Positions 29,779 to 39,570 of a stretch of DNA of 64,000 bases are shown piece by piece. The first letter of the stretch is position 1, and every line of letters starts with the position of its first letter. Position numbers and translations under genes: made by a program. The notes beneath the pieces were generated by a model. That model was not told the origin of the DNA. It searched no databases and saw nothing but the letters and a program-made list of their open reading frames with translations. This DNA is from Filimonas lacunae. Lineage in GTDB: Bacteria; Bacteroidota; Bacteroidia; Chitinophagales; Chitinophagaceae. The DNA is taken from contig NZ_AP017422.1 of assembly GCF_002355595.1 (NCBI RefSeq), forward strand, positions 4,900,823-4,964,822. The letters run 5' to 3'.

Positions 29779-30022
29779 TCACCCAACCACGCACCTGCTG
29801 GCGTGAAAATTCAAAATCAAACGATTGCCTGTCACTCACAAGCGATTCCTTCGGCGTTTCTATAAATAACCATATTTTATTAGTCTCTATCCTTTCGGCC
29901 AGCACTTTCAGATTAGCACCTTTCTTAAGTTTGGCTATTACATTAGAGCAGTCTTCTAAACCAAACATAAAATCTACCTTAGCCATACCCGGCGAAAAAC
30001 GGAGATTGTATCCCTCTATCAT
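29753..30022 (-). CDS. Hypothetical small protein
   Basis: 89-aa ORF overlapping the start of the downstream gene by 26 bp. Confidence 0.3.
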   Translation of the reverse strand: MIEGYNLRFSPGMAKVDFMFGLEDCSNVIAKLKKGANLKVLAERIETNKIWLFIETPKESLVSDRQSFDFEFSRQQVRGWVSDKFVVYQ

Positions 30023-30059
30023 TACCGTTGCATTAAAACGATCCGGATTGATAACTGGA

Positions 30060-30671
30060 CTATTTTTTATTTACAGCAGTACGAAAAAACAAGGCTACAG
30101 CCACGGTTTTAGACTTTTTATCTCTATAGTATAAGCCATAGCCTAATTGGGCTACAACTTCTTGCTGATCGGCGCTATACAAGGCATATTCATGCGTCCA
30201 ATTTTCTTCTTTTTTTTCATAGCGCCCCTTTCTAAAAACATACAACACCTTCGCAAAATCTGATTGAATGCGGGCATACTCTTCACGCACATTATCAGCA
30301 GCGGCAATGGTAGTATCTGCAACCCCCAATATCTGTAGCGCCAAAAGGGTATCCCGTTTACCGTCAGGCATCACGTACCAGTTTTCGCGTAGTTGAAATT
30401 CTACTTTAGTAACAGGAATGGCAAAGGGATTAAAAGAAGTAGCAACGCCCCGCATATAAAACAAAGAATCGTGTGTGCGTCTTCTATAATATACATCCGT
30501 AAGGTTATGTTTGGCCCGTAAATCATCGGCCAGCGCATAAACAGACTTGCCGCTATTCAGGCTTATACCATAATATTTTTGCGCTATATCCGCCATATCT
30601 TTCTCCGTAGGCGGTTGGCTAAAGGCAACTGTTGTCATTGATAACAACAACAACATCTGAATGTACTTCAT
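30060..30671 (-). CDS. Hypothetical secreted protein
   Basis: Signal peptide MKYIQMLLLLSMTTVAFSQ. Confidence 0.4.
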   Translation of the reverse strand: MKYIQMLLLLSMTTVAFSQPPTEKDMADIAQKYYGISLNSGKSVYALADDLRAKHNLTDVYYRRRTHDSLFYMRGVATSFNPFAIPVTKVEFQLRENWYVMPDGKRDTLLALQILGVADTTIAAADNVREEYARIQSDFAKVLYVFRKGRYEKKEENWTHEYALYSADQQEVVAQLGYGLYYRDKKSKTVAVALFFRTAVNKK

Positions 30672-31040
30672 AGTGAGTGTTAAGGTTATATATAAACAAA
30701 TCTAATACTTAAAACCCACTTTACCGCCCATACAAATTCAACAAATATTTTTTTGTAATCCGGATTTTTTAGTAAGCTTTGTATGGTAATTAATATTACA
30801 ATGAATACCTCTTCAACCAACTGTGCTTTTCCGCACTACCCGCGCTTCATCATATTCAATACATCACCACCACTTTAGTAAAAGAAATTTATGATCTGTT
30901 ACACAGGCATAGCTATTTACATAACACCATGTAATAGCCTATGCAGTAACCCGCTGCGCCGTAATGCGCAGCACATCTCCGCATGCACACATGCGACAAG
31001 CTTTTCTATTCCCTTAATCACATAAAAAAAGAAAAAAAGT

Positions 31041-32960
31041 ATGGACGCTAATGTTATAAAGGTACTGCTGTTTATAGGCATACCTATTATTATTGCTATT
31101 TGTTACCGTGTGGTGCTACGTATCTTCTTTGGCGTTGTAATAGTACCGGAAGACCGTATTGGCCTTGTTACCAAAAAATTTGTATTAATGGGTAAGCAGG
31201 AGTTACCCGAAGGACGCATTATTGCTGTAGATGGCGAAGCGGGCTTCCAGGCGCAAACGCTGGCTCCCGGCGTATACTTTGGTAAATGGGCATGGCAGTA
31301 TACCGTCATCTTTGAACCTTTTACCGTGATACCTACCGGTAAAGTAGGGCTGGTAATGGCCAAAGACGGCACCGAACTCCCACTGGGCGCCATCCTGGCC
31401 CGCAAAGTAGCCTGCGATGCCTTCCAGGATGCAGAAGCTTTTTTAAAGAACGGCGGACAAAAAGGCCGTCAAACCACTATGATGACGCCTGGTAGCTACC
31501 GGGTAAACACCTTCCTGTTTAACGTGGAAATTACCGATATGGTAAACATACCCGACAACGCCGTAGGTATTGTTACCACTATGGAGGGACAGGCTTTAGA
31601 AAACGGTTCCATCGCCGGCAAAATCGTTGCAGGACACAACAATTTCCAGGATGCAGATTCTTTTGTACTGAATGGTGGTTATAAAGGCTTACAGGAGCAG
31701 GTGGTACTGGCAGGTTCTTACTTCTTTAACCCCTGGTTTGCCAAGGTAGAGATGGTAAAAATGACCGAGATTCCGATAGGCCACGTGGGTGTAGTTATTT
31801 CCTATGTAGGCTCTGATGGGGAAGACCTTAGTGGCATAGAGTTTAAGCATGGCAATATAGTAGCAAAAGGACATAAAGGTGTATGGGCCGAACCTTTTGG
31901 TCCTGGTAAATACCCGGTAAACCCCTACATTATGAAAGTGGAATATGTACCTACCACTAACCTGGTTTTAAACTGGGCCAGCGCCCGCAGCGAAGCACAC
32001 CAGTTGGATAAAAACCTGAGCACTATCACCGTACGTAGCCGTGATGGTTTTACATTTAACCTGGATGTGGCACAGATCATTCACATACCTACCACCGAAG
32101 CCCCTAAAGTAATTGCACGCTTTGGTAACATGAGCAACCTGGTAACACAGGTACTGGAACCTACCATTGGTAACTATTTCCGAAACTCGGCCCAGGACGC
32201 GGAAGTGATTGACTTCTTAAAAAGCAGGAAGGAAAGACAGGAATCGGCCAAGATGCATATAGGCCGTGTATTGGAAGAATACAACGTACATGGCGTGGAT
32301 ACTTTAATTGGTGACATTGTACCTCCCGACAGCTTAATGAAAACACTGATTGACCGGAAGATTGCCGAAGAACAAAAGGTAACCTACGACACACAAATGC
32401 GCGCACAGGAAACACGTCAGGCACTGGAAAAAGAAACTGCTATTGCCGAGATACAGAAGGAGATTGTAAAAGCCGATCAGGGTGTATTGATTGCAGAAAG
32501 AATAGCCGATGCTTCTGTGAAAAAAGCTACCGGTGACGCCAACAGTGTGCGCCTGCAGGCGAATGCCGATGCCGACCGTATGAAACTGCTGGCCAGTGGT
32601 GAAGCAGAAAAAGTAAGGTTGCTGGCGAAAGCGGAAGCAGAACGTACCGAACTGATTGCCCGCGCTGATGCAGAGAAGATTTCTGTAACCGGTAGAGCAG
32701 AAGCGGAGAAGATACTGGCTATTGGGCAGTCACACGCCGAATCGTACAAACTGGCGGTGGAAGCAATGGGTGGCGATAACTTCACACAGCTGAAAGTAAT
32801 GGAAGCTATTGCAGAACAGAAAGTGAAAATTATGCCGGATGTACTGATCAGTGGCGGTGATGGCAATGCTAACCCCGTGAACGGTTTGCTGGGCCTGAAA
32901 CTACTGGAAGAACTGGGTAATAAAAAGCAACCCGGTAAGCCGGAAGCAACTGCGGAGTAA
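31041..32960 (+). CDS. Flotillin-like SPFH/band-7 domain protein (YqiK family)
   Basis: N-terminal TM helix, an SPFH domain, and a C-terminal Ala/Glu-rich coiled-coil with EAEKxRLxAxAEAER repeats; 639 aa. Confidence 0.8.
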   Translation: MDANVIKVLLFIGIPIIIAICYRVVLRIFFGVVIVPEDRIGLVTKKFVLMGKQELPEGRIIAVDGEAGFQAQTLAPGVYFGKWAWQYTVIFEPFTVIPTGKVGLVMAKDGTELPLGAILARKVACDAFQDAEAFLKNGGQKGRQTTMMTPGSYRVNTFLFNVEITDMVNIPDNAVGIVTTMEGQALENGSIAGKIVAGHNNFQDADSFVLNGGYKGLQEQVVLAGSYFFNPWFAKVEMVKMTEIPIGHVGVVISYVGSDGEDLSGIEFKHGNIVAKGHKGVWAEPFGPGKYPVNPYIMKVEYVPTTNLVLNWASARSEAHQLDKNLSTITVRSRDGFTFNLDVAQIIHIPTTEAPKVIARFGNMSNLVTQVLEPTIGNYFRNSAQDAEVIDFLKSRKERQESAKMHIGRVLEEYNVHGVDTLIGDIVPPDSLMKTLIDRKIAEEQKVTYDTQMRAQETRQALEKETAIAEIQKEIVKADQGVLIAERIADASVKKATGDANSVRLQANADADRMKLLASGEAEKVRLLAKAEAERTELIARADAEKISVTGRAEAEKILAIGQSHAESYKLAVEAMGGDNFTQLKVMEAIAEQKVKIMPDVLISGGDGNANPVNGLLGLKLLEELGNKKQPGKPEATAE

Positions 32961-33055
32961 CTACCACTTATCATCAAAAAGGGTGCATCCATTACAGATG
33001 CACCCTTTTCTTTTGCCAAATGTTTCATCAAAGTGTCAAACTATACTATACCCTG

Positions 33056-34975
33056 CTAGCTTGCTTTTTTCTCCAGGTCGTAGCACGAAACTTCCGTACC
33101 AACAACCAGGTATAACTTGTTCATCACGTCATCTACTACATAGATAGGCGTATTGTCTTTAAACAGAATCCTTGCTTTTTCTTCACCGGTAACTTTATCA
33201 ACACTTACCAGGCCTTTGGTGCCATCATCAAAACGGGTTAAAATAGAAACCGCATTCCTGCTGCTTTTGGTAGCGGCAACACGGGCAGATAACGCACGTA
33301 AACCGTCACTGCTTACTGCACTAACTTGCGCATTAGTAAGATGACGCTCGGTTTTGCTGGTGTTACCACTCATAATATCGCCAGGCATAGAACCAACACC
33401 AGCCATAGCAGAATAAGAAGTAAAGAATCCGCCACCTGCGCTGGCTGCACGTAACAGGCTGCGAACACCTTTTGACATAGCCGCATCTTTATAATATTTC
33501 TTATACACGACATTGCCACTCTCTTCAATCAGCCACATGTTCTGGTTGCTGCGTACCAGGTATTTGCCACCCACGTTTTCAATTTCCAGCATATCATTAT
33601 GGTCATTAAAATCGATAGAATATAAACCTACACCAAAATTCCTGTCTGCATCTTTATCTACATAGTCTTTCAGCTCAATATCTTCCAGGATAGTTTTGTA
33701 TTCACCTGCTCCCATGTCAAACTTATACAGGTTTTTATTGGTGTACATGATTACCGCATTAGACTGGGCATCTACCAGGTAACGTGGAATACCTTTAATC
33801 TTAATATCCTTTCTCCATACTTTGCGTCCTTCTTCCATAGTTAATACGTTAGCACGGTCGGTGGTAACATAATAAACCCCTTTAGGCGTTACATTATAGG
33901 TGATTAAAGCGTCATCCAGATCTTTATCCCATACTTTTTTACCTTCCATGTTAGTATAGGCAATCATAGCCTTTTTCTCTTCCATGTGGGCTGTAACAAA
34001 ACCATTGTCCAGTATGCGAATTTCAGACACATCCCCTACCGAAGGATCTCTTTTCCATTTGAAAGCCAGTGTGCTCAAATCCAGAATATTGAAACCATCA
34101 GAATGTAGCACTATCATTTCATGATCGGAATAGGAAACCAGGTTATTGAAGTTACCATCCAGCTTTACCGGCTTCTTCCATTCTTCCTGTCCTGTTGCCA
34201 GGGCAATGCAATGCAGGTTGGATTTACCTTGTTCGCCAAAGTAAATTTTACCTTCTGTCTCTTTTACGCGGCCAATTTTTTTATCGTATTCACTGGTCCA
34301 TAAAAAAGCTCCGGTTTTAATATCAATGCGGGAAATGTTTTTATGCTCCACCAGCACAATATTGCCTTCAGCATCTACAAAAGGAAATTTCTGAGAACCC
34401 ATAGAAGCCCTCATAGCCCCTTTCATTTTACCCATCAAAGCACCCCAGCCACTTTTACCTTCTCCCCTGTCTACCGTCCATTTTCTTTCGTTGGTGTTAA
34501 AGTCAATCAGCATCTGAAAGGCTCTCTTCTCTTTAGTGCCTTCCAGTAACAGGCTATTGATGCTGGCTAAAGGATAATAATCTCCCATACGGATATGCTC
34601 ATCCTTGCTATCAAATATTTCAGTGCCATCCACCGTGTTAATAATAATAACACGACCGAACGGGCTACCCAGCACAGGATAGTTGATCATAGCCAGTGGC
34701 GAACCATTAATATCCTGAATATCTTCTTCTTTTACCCCTTTCAGTTCGGGCTTGGTCCAAACGGCTTTATGCTGTTCGGGATCGATACCGGTTAAGCCAC
34801 CTAAATCGTTGGCAACAACCAATATGCCTGTAGTAAATTGTTTCATCCACTTTGGCGGACTAGCTACGCTTCCAGTGGTAAGACTCCATTCCTGCGGGGT
34901 TGCTTGCTCCTGTGCATGAAGGGATCCGCTGTACAGCCACAAAAGTGCTGCAAGGGTCAGTGCTGTTTTTTTCAT
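33056..34975 (-). CDS. Secreted PQQ-like beta-propeller repeat protein
   Basis: Signal peptide plus at least six spaced G-x(2,3)-W-x-x-(D/P) repeats (AVWTKP, FLWTSEYD, EEWKKP, FKWKRDP, KVWDKD, KVWRKD). Confidence 0.5.
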   Translation of the reverse strand: MKKTALTLAALLWLYSGSLHAQEQATPQEWSLTTGSVASPPKWMKQFTTGILVVANDLGGLTGIDPEQHKAVWTKPELKGVKEEDIQDINGSPLAMINYPVLGSPFGRVIIINTVDGTEIFDSKDEHIRMGDYYPLASINSLLLEGTKEKRAFQMLIDFNTNERKWTVDRGEGKSGWGALMGKMKGAMRASMGSQKFPFVDAEGNIVLVEHKNISRIDIKTGAFLWTSEYDKKIGRVKETEGKIYFGEQGKSNLHCIALATGQEEWKKPVKLDGNFNNLVSYSDHEMIVLHSDGFNILDLSTLAFKWKRDPSVGDVSEIRILDNGFVTAHMEEKKAMIAYTNMEGKKVWDKDLDDALITYNVTPKGVYYVTTDRANVLTMEEGRKVWRKDIKIKGIPRYLVDAQSNAVIMYTNKNLYKFDMGAGEYKTILEDIELKDYVDKDADRNFGVGLYSIDFNDHNDMLEIENVGGKYLVRSNQNMWLIEESGNVVYKKYYKDAAMSKGVRSLLRAASAGGGFFTSYSAMAGVGSMPGDIMSGNTSKTERHLTNAQVSAVSSDGLRALSARVAATKSSRNAVSILTRFDDGTKGLVSVDKVTGEEKARILFKDNTPIYVVDDVMNKLYLVVGTEVSCYDLEKKAS

Positions 34976-35210
34976 AATTGGTTTAGAATAAATATGTAAC
35001 GGTTAGAGTTTGCGCGTAGGTTTTATGCAGTCGGTGGGCTTTATTGGTGATTGGATGTGTTTTTTATAGTTGGATTTTATTCGCACACAAAACTGCCTTT
35101 TGTTTATGAATAAACAAAATAAAAGGCCGGAACCCCTTATAATAAGGGAGATTCCGGCCCTGCAAATATTAAGTATATATGAATTATTCCATACCTATAT
35201 CTATTATACT

Positions 35211-37823
35211 TTATGGATTATTCTTCATCCGGATAAGGTTAGCCACCAATCCGCTCCACCCCGTTTGGTGCGAAGCCCCCAGCCCCTTACCTGTGTCGCC
35301 GTGAAAATATTCATGAAACAATACCAGGTTTTGAAAATGCGGATCGGTTTGCAGTTTTTCATTATCACCCAGTACCGCTCTTCTGCCCTGCTTATCTTTT
35401 ACAAACAGGGTAAGCAAACGTTTTGCCAGCTCATGCCCTACTTCCCGCAATGAATAGTATTTGCCGGATGCAGTAGGATATTCAATACGAAAATCATCGC
35501 TATAGAAATAATGGAACTTGCGCAGGCTTTCTATCATTAAAAAATTCATCGGCATCCAAACGGGACCACGCCAGTTACTGTTACCACCATAAATAGCCGT
35601 GTCGCTTTCGCCCGGTGTATATTTTACCCGCAGCTCTGTATCCCCTTCTTTCAGGCTATAGGGTTCCGCATCATATCTTTTGCTGAGCGAGCGTACGCCA
35701 TGTTCACTTAAAAATTCCGTTTCGTCCAGCATACGGCTTAACAAACGCTTCATGCGATGGCCGCGCAGCAGGCTTAACAAGTGCTTTTCATCCTTCCCTT
35801 CTTCGTACCAGCGTGATACCAGGCGGGCCAGATCGGGCCGGTGACGCAGAAACCAGGCCATACGTTGCGCAAACACCGGGTTACTGTCCAGCGTTTGTTT
35901 GGTAATTACTTCCACTGCAAAAAAAGGTATCAGCCCCACCAGGCTCTTTATTTTCACTTTTACAATATGCCCATCGGGAGAACGTATCTGGTCGTAAAAG
36001 AATTCATCTTCTTCATCCCACAAACCACTGCTGCCTTCCCCCATGCTGGCCATAGCGCCTGCTATATGCATAAAATGCTCAAAGAATTTAATAGCCATGC
36101 TGGTGTATACCTTATTGTAGTTGGATAACTCCAGCGAAATGTGCAGCATATTCAACGCATACATGGCCATCCAGCTGGTAGCATCTGCCTGCTCCATTAC
36201 AGCACCGCCGGGCAATATCATACCACGGTCGAATGCGCCAATATTATCCAGGCCCAGGAAGCCCCCTTCAAAAATGTTACTGCCGTTGTTATCCTTACGA
36301 TTTACCCACCAGGTAAAATTGATGAGTAGTTTATGAAACAGGGTTTCCAGGAAAGCATAGTCTTTTTTACCATTAACCGCAGCATCCTGCTTATACACAC
36401 GAAACACCGCTCCTGCATGCACCGGCGGATTTACATCCCCCAGCGACCATTCATAAGCCGGCAATTCGCCCGAAGGATTCATATACCACTCTTCTGTCAG
36501 CATCAACAATTGCTGCTTCGCAAAATCAGGATCTATCATACCCAATGTAACACAATGAAAAGCCAGATCCCACGAAGCATACCAGGGAAATTCCCATTTA
36601 TCAGGGACAGAGATAATATCCTCATTGTTCAACTGTTTCCAGTAGGCATTACGGCCGTTTTTTCGCTCCGGTGGCGGAGCTGGCATATCCGGATCACCAT
36701 CCAGCCATTGCTGCACTTTGTACGAATAAAACTGTTTATTCCATAACATGCCTGCCAGCGCCTGGCGTTGTACCAACCGTTCGTCGTCTTCAATCACATT
36801 GTACTGCACATCCTGGTAAAACGCATCGGCTTCCTGCAGGCGCTGCTGAAAAATACTATCAAAATCGCTAAACGCATCAGGTAGCTCCTGGGCACTTAAA
36901 CGTAGCTTTACCATATGCACACCCCGTGGTTCTATAGCCACATCATAATCAATAGCCACCTTGGTACCATGCAAATCCGGATGCACGGCAGGCTTAGCAT
37001 GTATAATATAATCGTTGATGCCATCTTTGGGATAAAGCGTGCTATTGGCACTCTGGTATAAACGCTCGTTATTGGTTTCGTTTTCGCAATACAGCGCGTT
37101 GCCACCGGCTTCATAATACAAATGCTTTACCGATAGTTTTTCGTGCTGAATTTTAACGCTGTTGCCTGAATCCTGCAATAGTACCGGTTTGTAGTCGTGC
37201 CGGCCCCAGCTCCAGGTGTTCCTGAACCAGGCAGTGGGTAATACATGCAACGCTGCACTGTGATTGCTGCGGTTGTGAATGGTTATTTTCACCAGTATAT
37301 CATCCGTACCCGCTTTGGCGTATTCTACAAAAACATCAAAATATTCATCATTATTAAAAATGCCGGTATCAATAATTTCAAACTCTTCCTGCTGACGGTT
37401 ACGGCGGGCGTTTTCTTCTACCAGCTGCCGGTAAGGAAACTCCAGCTGCGGATACTTATACAGCATTTTCATGTAGGAGTGCGTGGGCGTGGCATCCAGG
37501 TAGTAATAGAGTTCCTTTACATCTTCGCCGTGGTTGCCCTGCTGGTTGGTGAGCCCAAAAAAACGCTCTTTGATAATAGGATCTCTTTTGTTCCATAAGG
37601 CAATAGCAAAGCACAACAATTGCTTATCATCACTAATACCCGCTATACCTTCCTCTCCCCAGCGCCAGGCCCTGCTGCGTGCCATATCGTGTGTGGTGTA
37701 ATTCCAGGCATCGCCATTGGCGCTGTAATCTTCCCGCACGGTGCCCCATTGCCTGTCACTTACATACGATCCCCATTTCTTCCATCCTGCCTGCTGTAAT
37801 CGTTGCTGTTCTGTGTTCATCAT
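35211..37823 (-). CDS. GH63-like (MGH1/mannosyl-oligosaccharide glucosidase family) glycoside hydrolase
   Basis: N-terminal WKKWGSYVSDRQWGTVREDYS block characteristic of the bacterial GH63-like glucosidases; 870 aa. Confidence 0.7.
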   Translation of the reverse strand: MMNTEQQRLQQAGWKKWGSYVSDRQWGTVREDYSANGDAWNYTTHDMARSRAWRWGEEGIAGISDDKQLLCFAIALWNKRDPIIKERFFGLTNQQGNHGEDVKELYYYLDATPTHSYMKMLYKYPQLEFPYRQLVEENARRNRQQEEFEIIDTGIFNNDEYFDVFVEYAKAGTDDILVKITIHNRSNHSAALHVLPTAWFRNTWSWGRHDYKPVLLQDSGNSVKIQHEKLSVKHLYYEAGGNALYCENETNNERLYQSANSTLYPKDGINDYIIHAKPAVHPDLHGTKVAIDYDVAIEPRGVHMVKLRLSAQELPDAFSDFDSIFQQRLQEADAFYQDVQYNVIEDDERLVQRQALAGMLWNKQFYSYKVQQWLDGDPDMPAPPPERKNGRNAYWKQLNNEDIISVPDKWEFPWYASWDLAFHCVTLGMIDPDFAKQQLLMLTEEWYMNPSGELPAYEWSLGDVNPPVHAGAVFRVYKQDAAVNGKKDYAFLETLFHKLLINFTWWVNRKDNNGSNIFEGGFLGLDNIGAFDRGMILPGGAVMEQADATSWMAMYALNMLHISLELSNYNKVYTSMAIKFFEHFMHIAGAMASMGEGSSGLWDEEDEFFYDQIRSPDGHIVKVKIKSLVGLIPFFAVEVITKQTLDSNPVFAQRMAWFLRHRPDLARLVSRWYEEGKDEKHLLSLLRGHRMKRLLSRMLDETEFLSEHGVRSLSKRYDAEPYSLKEGDTELRVKYTPGESDTAIYGGNSNWRGPVWMPMNFLMIESLRKFHYFYSDDFRIEYPTASGKYYSLREVGHELAKRLLTLFVKDKQGRRAVLGDNEKLQTDPHFQNLVLFHEYFHGDTGKGLGASHQTGWSGLVANLIRMKNNP

Positions 37824-37860
37824 GATACGGTAATTTTCCAGTAAAAGATACTGCTTAAAA

Positions 37861-39570
37861 TTACCTTCTCATTTGCTTATATAGCAATATATCCTTCGTT
37901 AAATTGTGATCTTCTTTGTTAAAATGCTGTAACTCTTCGGCCATAGCAGGTTGCCCTTCTATATATTCCGCAATAATTTCATAGGCAATGTCTTTAATAG
38001 GAGCAGACAGTTCCGGATATTTAGTATAGGAGCCTTTTAATACATCCAGAAAAGCCGGCTTATTCCTTTCATTGGTTTCGCGCATATATATATTGTCAAT
38101 AGCGTTCATCACCAGCCTTTCTTCGCCTATGTTGGTAAGATATTTATCCAGGCAATTCCGGGCATCTCCTTTATAAGCACGCCAACCTTCCAGCAACAGA
38201 TTTTGTGCCTGTGCCATATCCTGTATTTTGTGCTGATAGATGTCTGCTGCTTTCGAATAGCGCTTCCCCTGTATATAATCATCCGCTACTTTACCATAAT
38301 GGTAAACAGCGTCTTCTTTTTGCCCGATACTCCTGTACAGATCGCCCGCTTTTTCATGCATGCCCAATTGCGCATACAACTCAATTGCCTTTAGGGTCAT
38401 ATTTCCATTTTCGTAACAGCGGGCAGCTTCAGCCAGATGATTACCGTGCTTTAGATACAATGCCGCCGCTTCGGCATACAGCTTTCCTTCTTCCAATGCC
38501 TTTGCGGCCTGGAAATGATCTTTTAACAGCTTTAAATACACAAAAGCTGCTTTTTCATACTGCTGTTGCTTCATCAGTTCCAATGCCGTAGCACGATACT
38601 GATCTTCCAGCCGCTTAAAGGAGTTATCTGTAAAACCAAAACTTCCTCCCACTCCACTACTGCTTCCTTTGCCTAAACCAAAATCAAACCACCGCTTGCC
38701 CAAGTCCCACTCCATCAACTTGCTGCCCCTTCCGGCCCCATCGGGATCCAGTGGTATGGCATATTGCAAAGCAGTATCCGGATCGTTCTTTAGCATATCC
38801 AACAACCTGTCCAGCTGCCTTTGGTTTCGCTGTTCCAGGTTTTCCAGGCTTTGCTGCATTTTCTGCAACCATTTACCATTCGTTTTTCCAGCCAGCCAGT
38901 TCGCGATCTTTAACCGCCAGCCCGACAATCCGGCACTGCCACCTGCAGATGGCATACCGCCCCTTAACAACAGGCGCAGTATCCAAAGCTTTATTTTTTC
39001 CCAGATGCCCAGGGGTTTATTTTCGAGTGATTTACTTTCCGGAAAAAGCTGCTCCTCCATTTTTTGTAATACTTCTTCCGCTGCCACCTCTTTTACCTGG
39101 TAGCTTTGAATCAATGCGGGCAAATGCACACCTTTAGCTGGCTGCACTATCTGTTGTTGTGATAGCTGTGGCATAGCCAGTAGCTGACTAAACTGTACCG
39201 GTTGCTCCAATTCGGTAATCCCGATTTCGGGGTGCCAGCAATGCAATTGCATTTTCAGCAACACGTTCACCTCTGTTGGAGTAACCACCGGATATATAGT
39301 GGAATAAGCAGGTATAAACAAACATTCGCCCACCAGCTGGCTGCGCACATGTATCCCTGTTTCTACTGCTGCCAGACCTTTCAAGGGCACCAGCAGGCAG
39401 CCCCATACGGTGTTGGCGCTGGTACCCGGTAAAGCATATACGTCCACTTCTAACAAAGACAAGCCCATTGCTTGTATTTCACGCAACCACAGCTTTACAT
39501 CGCCGCCCCGGATAAACAAGGCCTTTAACGGGTATTGATTCGTGATGGCGGGTTTAACTACTAGCTGCAT
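37861..39570 (-). CDS. Gly-rich / TPR-like helical-repeat protein; last gene of the MoxR operon
   Basis: 569 aa. It has Gly/Ser-rich low-complexity segments (GGMPSAGGSAGLSGW, GKGSSSGVGGSFGF) followed by repeated AxxYxxxG helical hairpins (YEKAAFVYLKL..., YAEAAALYLKHG..., IELYAQLGMHEKAGDLY...). Its start overlaps the upstream gene by 17 bp. Confidence 0.45.
   Translation of the reverse strand: MQLVVKPAITNQYPLKALFIRGGDVKLWLREIQAMGLSLLEVDVYALPGTSANTVWGCLLVPLKGLAAVETGIHVRSQLVGECLFIPAYSTIYPVVTPTEVNVLLKMQLHCWHPEIGITELEQPVQFSQLLAMPQLSQQQIVQPAKGVHLPALIQSYQVKEVAAEEVLQKMEEQLFPESKSLENKPLGIWEKIKLWILRLLLRGGMPSAGGSAGLSGWRLKIANWLAGKTNGKWLQKMQQSLENLEQRNQRQLDRLLDMLKNDPDTALQYAIPLDPDGAGRGSKLMEWDLGKRWFDFGLGKGSSSGVGGSFGFTDNSFKRLEDQYRATALELMKQQQYEKAAFVYLKLLKDHFQAAKALEEGKLYAEAAALYLKHGNHLAEAARCYENGNMTLKAIELYAQLGMHEKAGDLYRSIGQKEDAVYHYGKVADDYIQGKRYSKAADIYQHKIQDMAQAQNLLLEGWRAYKGDARNCLDKYLTNIGEERLVMNAIDNIYMRETNERNKPAFLDVLKGSYTKYPELSAPIKDIAYEIIAEYIEGQPAMAEELQHFNKEDHNLTKDILLYKQMRR

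Noticed and set aside
32477-33031. 184-aa Ser/Ala-rich minus-strand ORF
   Set aside because: It is antisense to the Ala/Glu-rich coiled-coil tail of the flotillin gene. The low-complexity composition is the mirror image of the sense-strand repeat, a typical artefact.
35070-35453. 127-aa + strand ORF overlapping the 3' end of the GH63-like gene
   Set aside because: It overlaps the far longer and clearly homologous minus-strand glucosidase ORF. The composition is odd and there is no independent support.
38203-39432. Cluster of + strand ORFs (63-144 aa) inside the 569-aa operon gene
   Set aside because: They are antisense to a translationally coupled operon member. Their Pro/Ser/Cys-rich low-complexity translations are typical of spurious frames.
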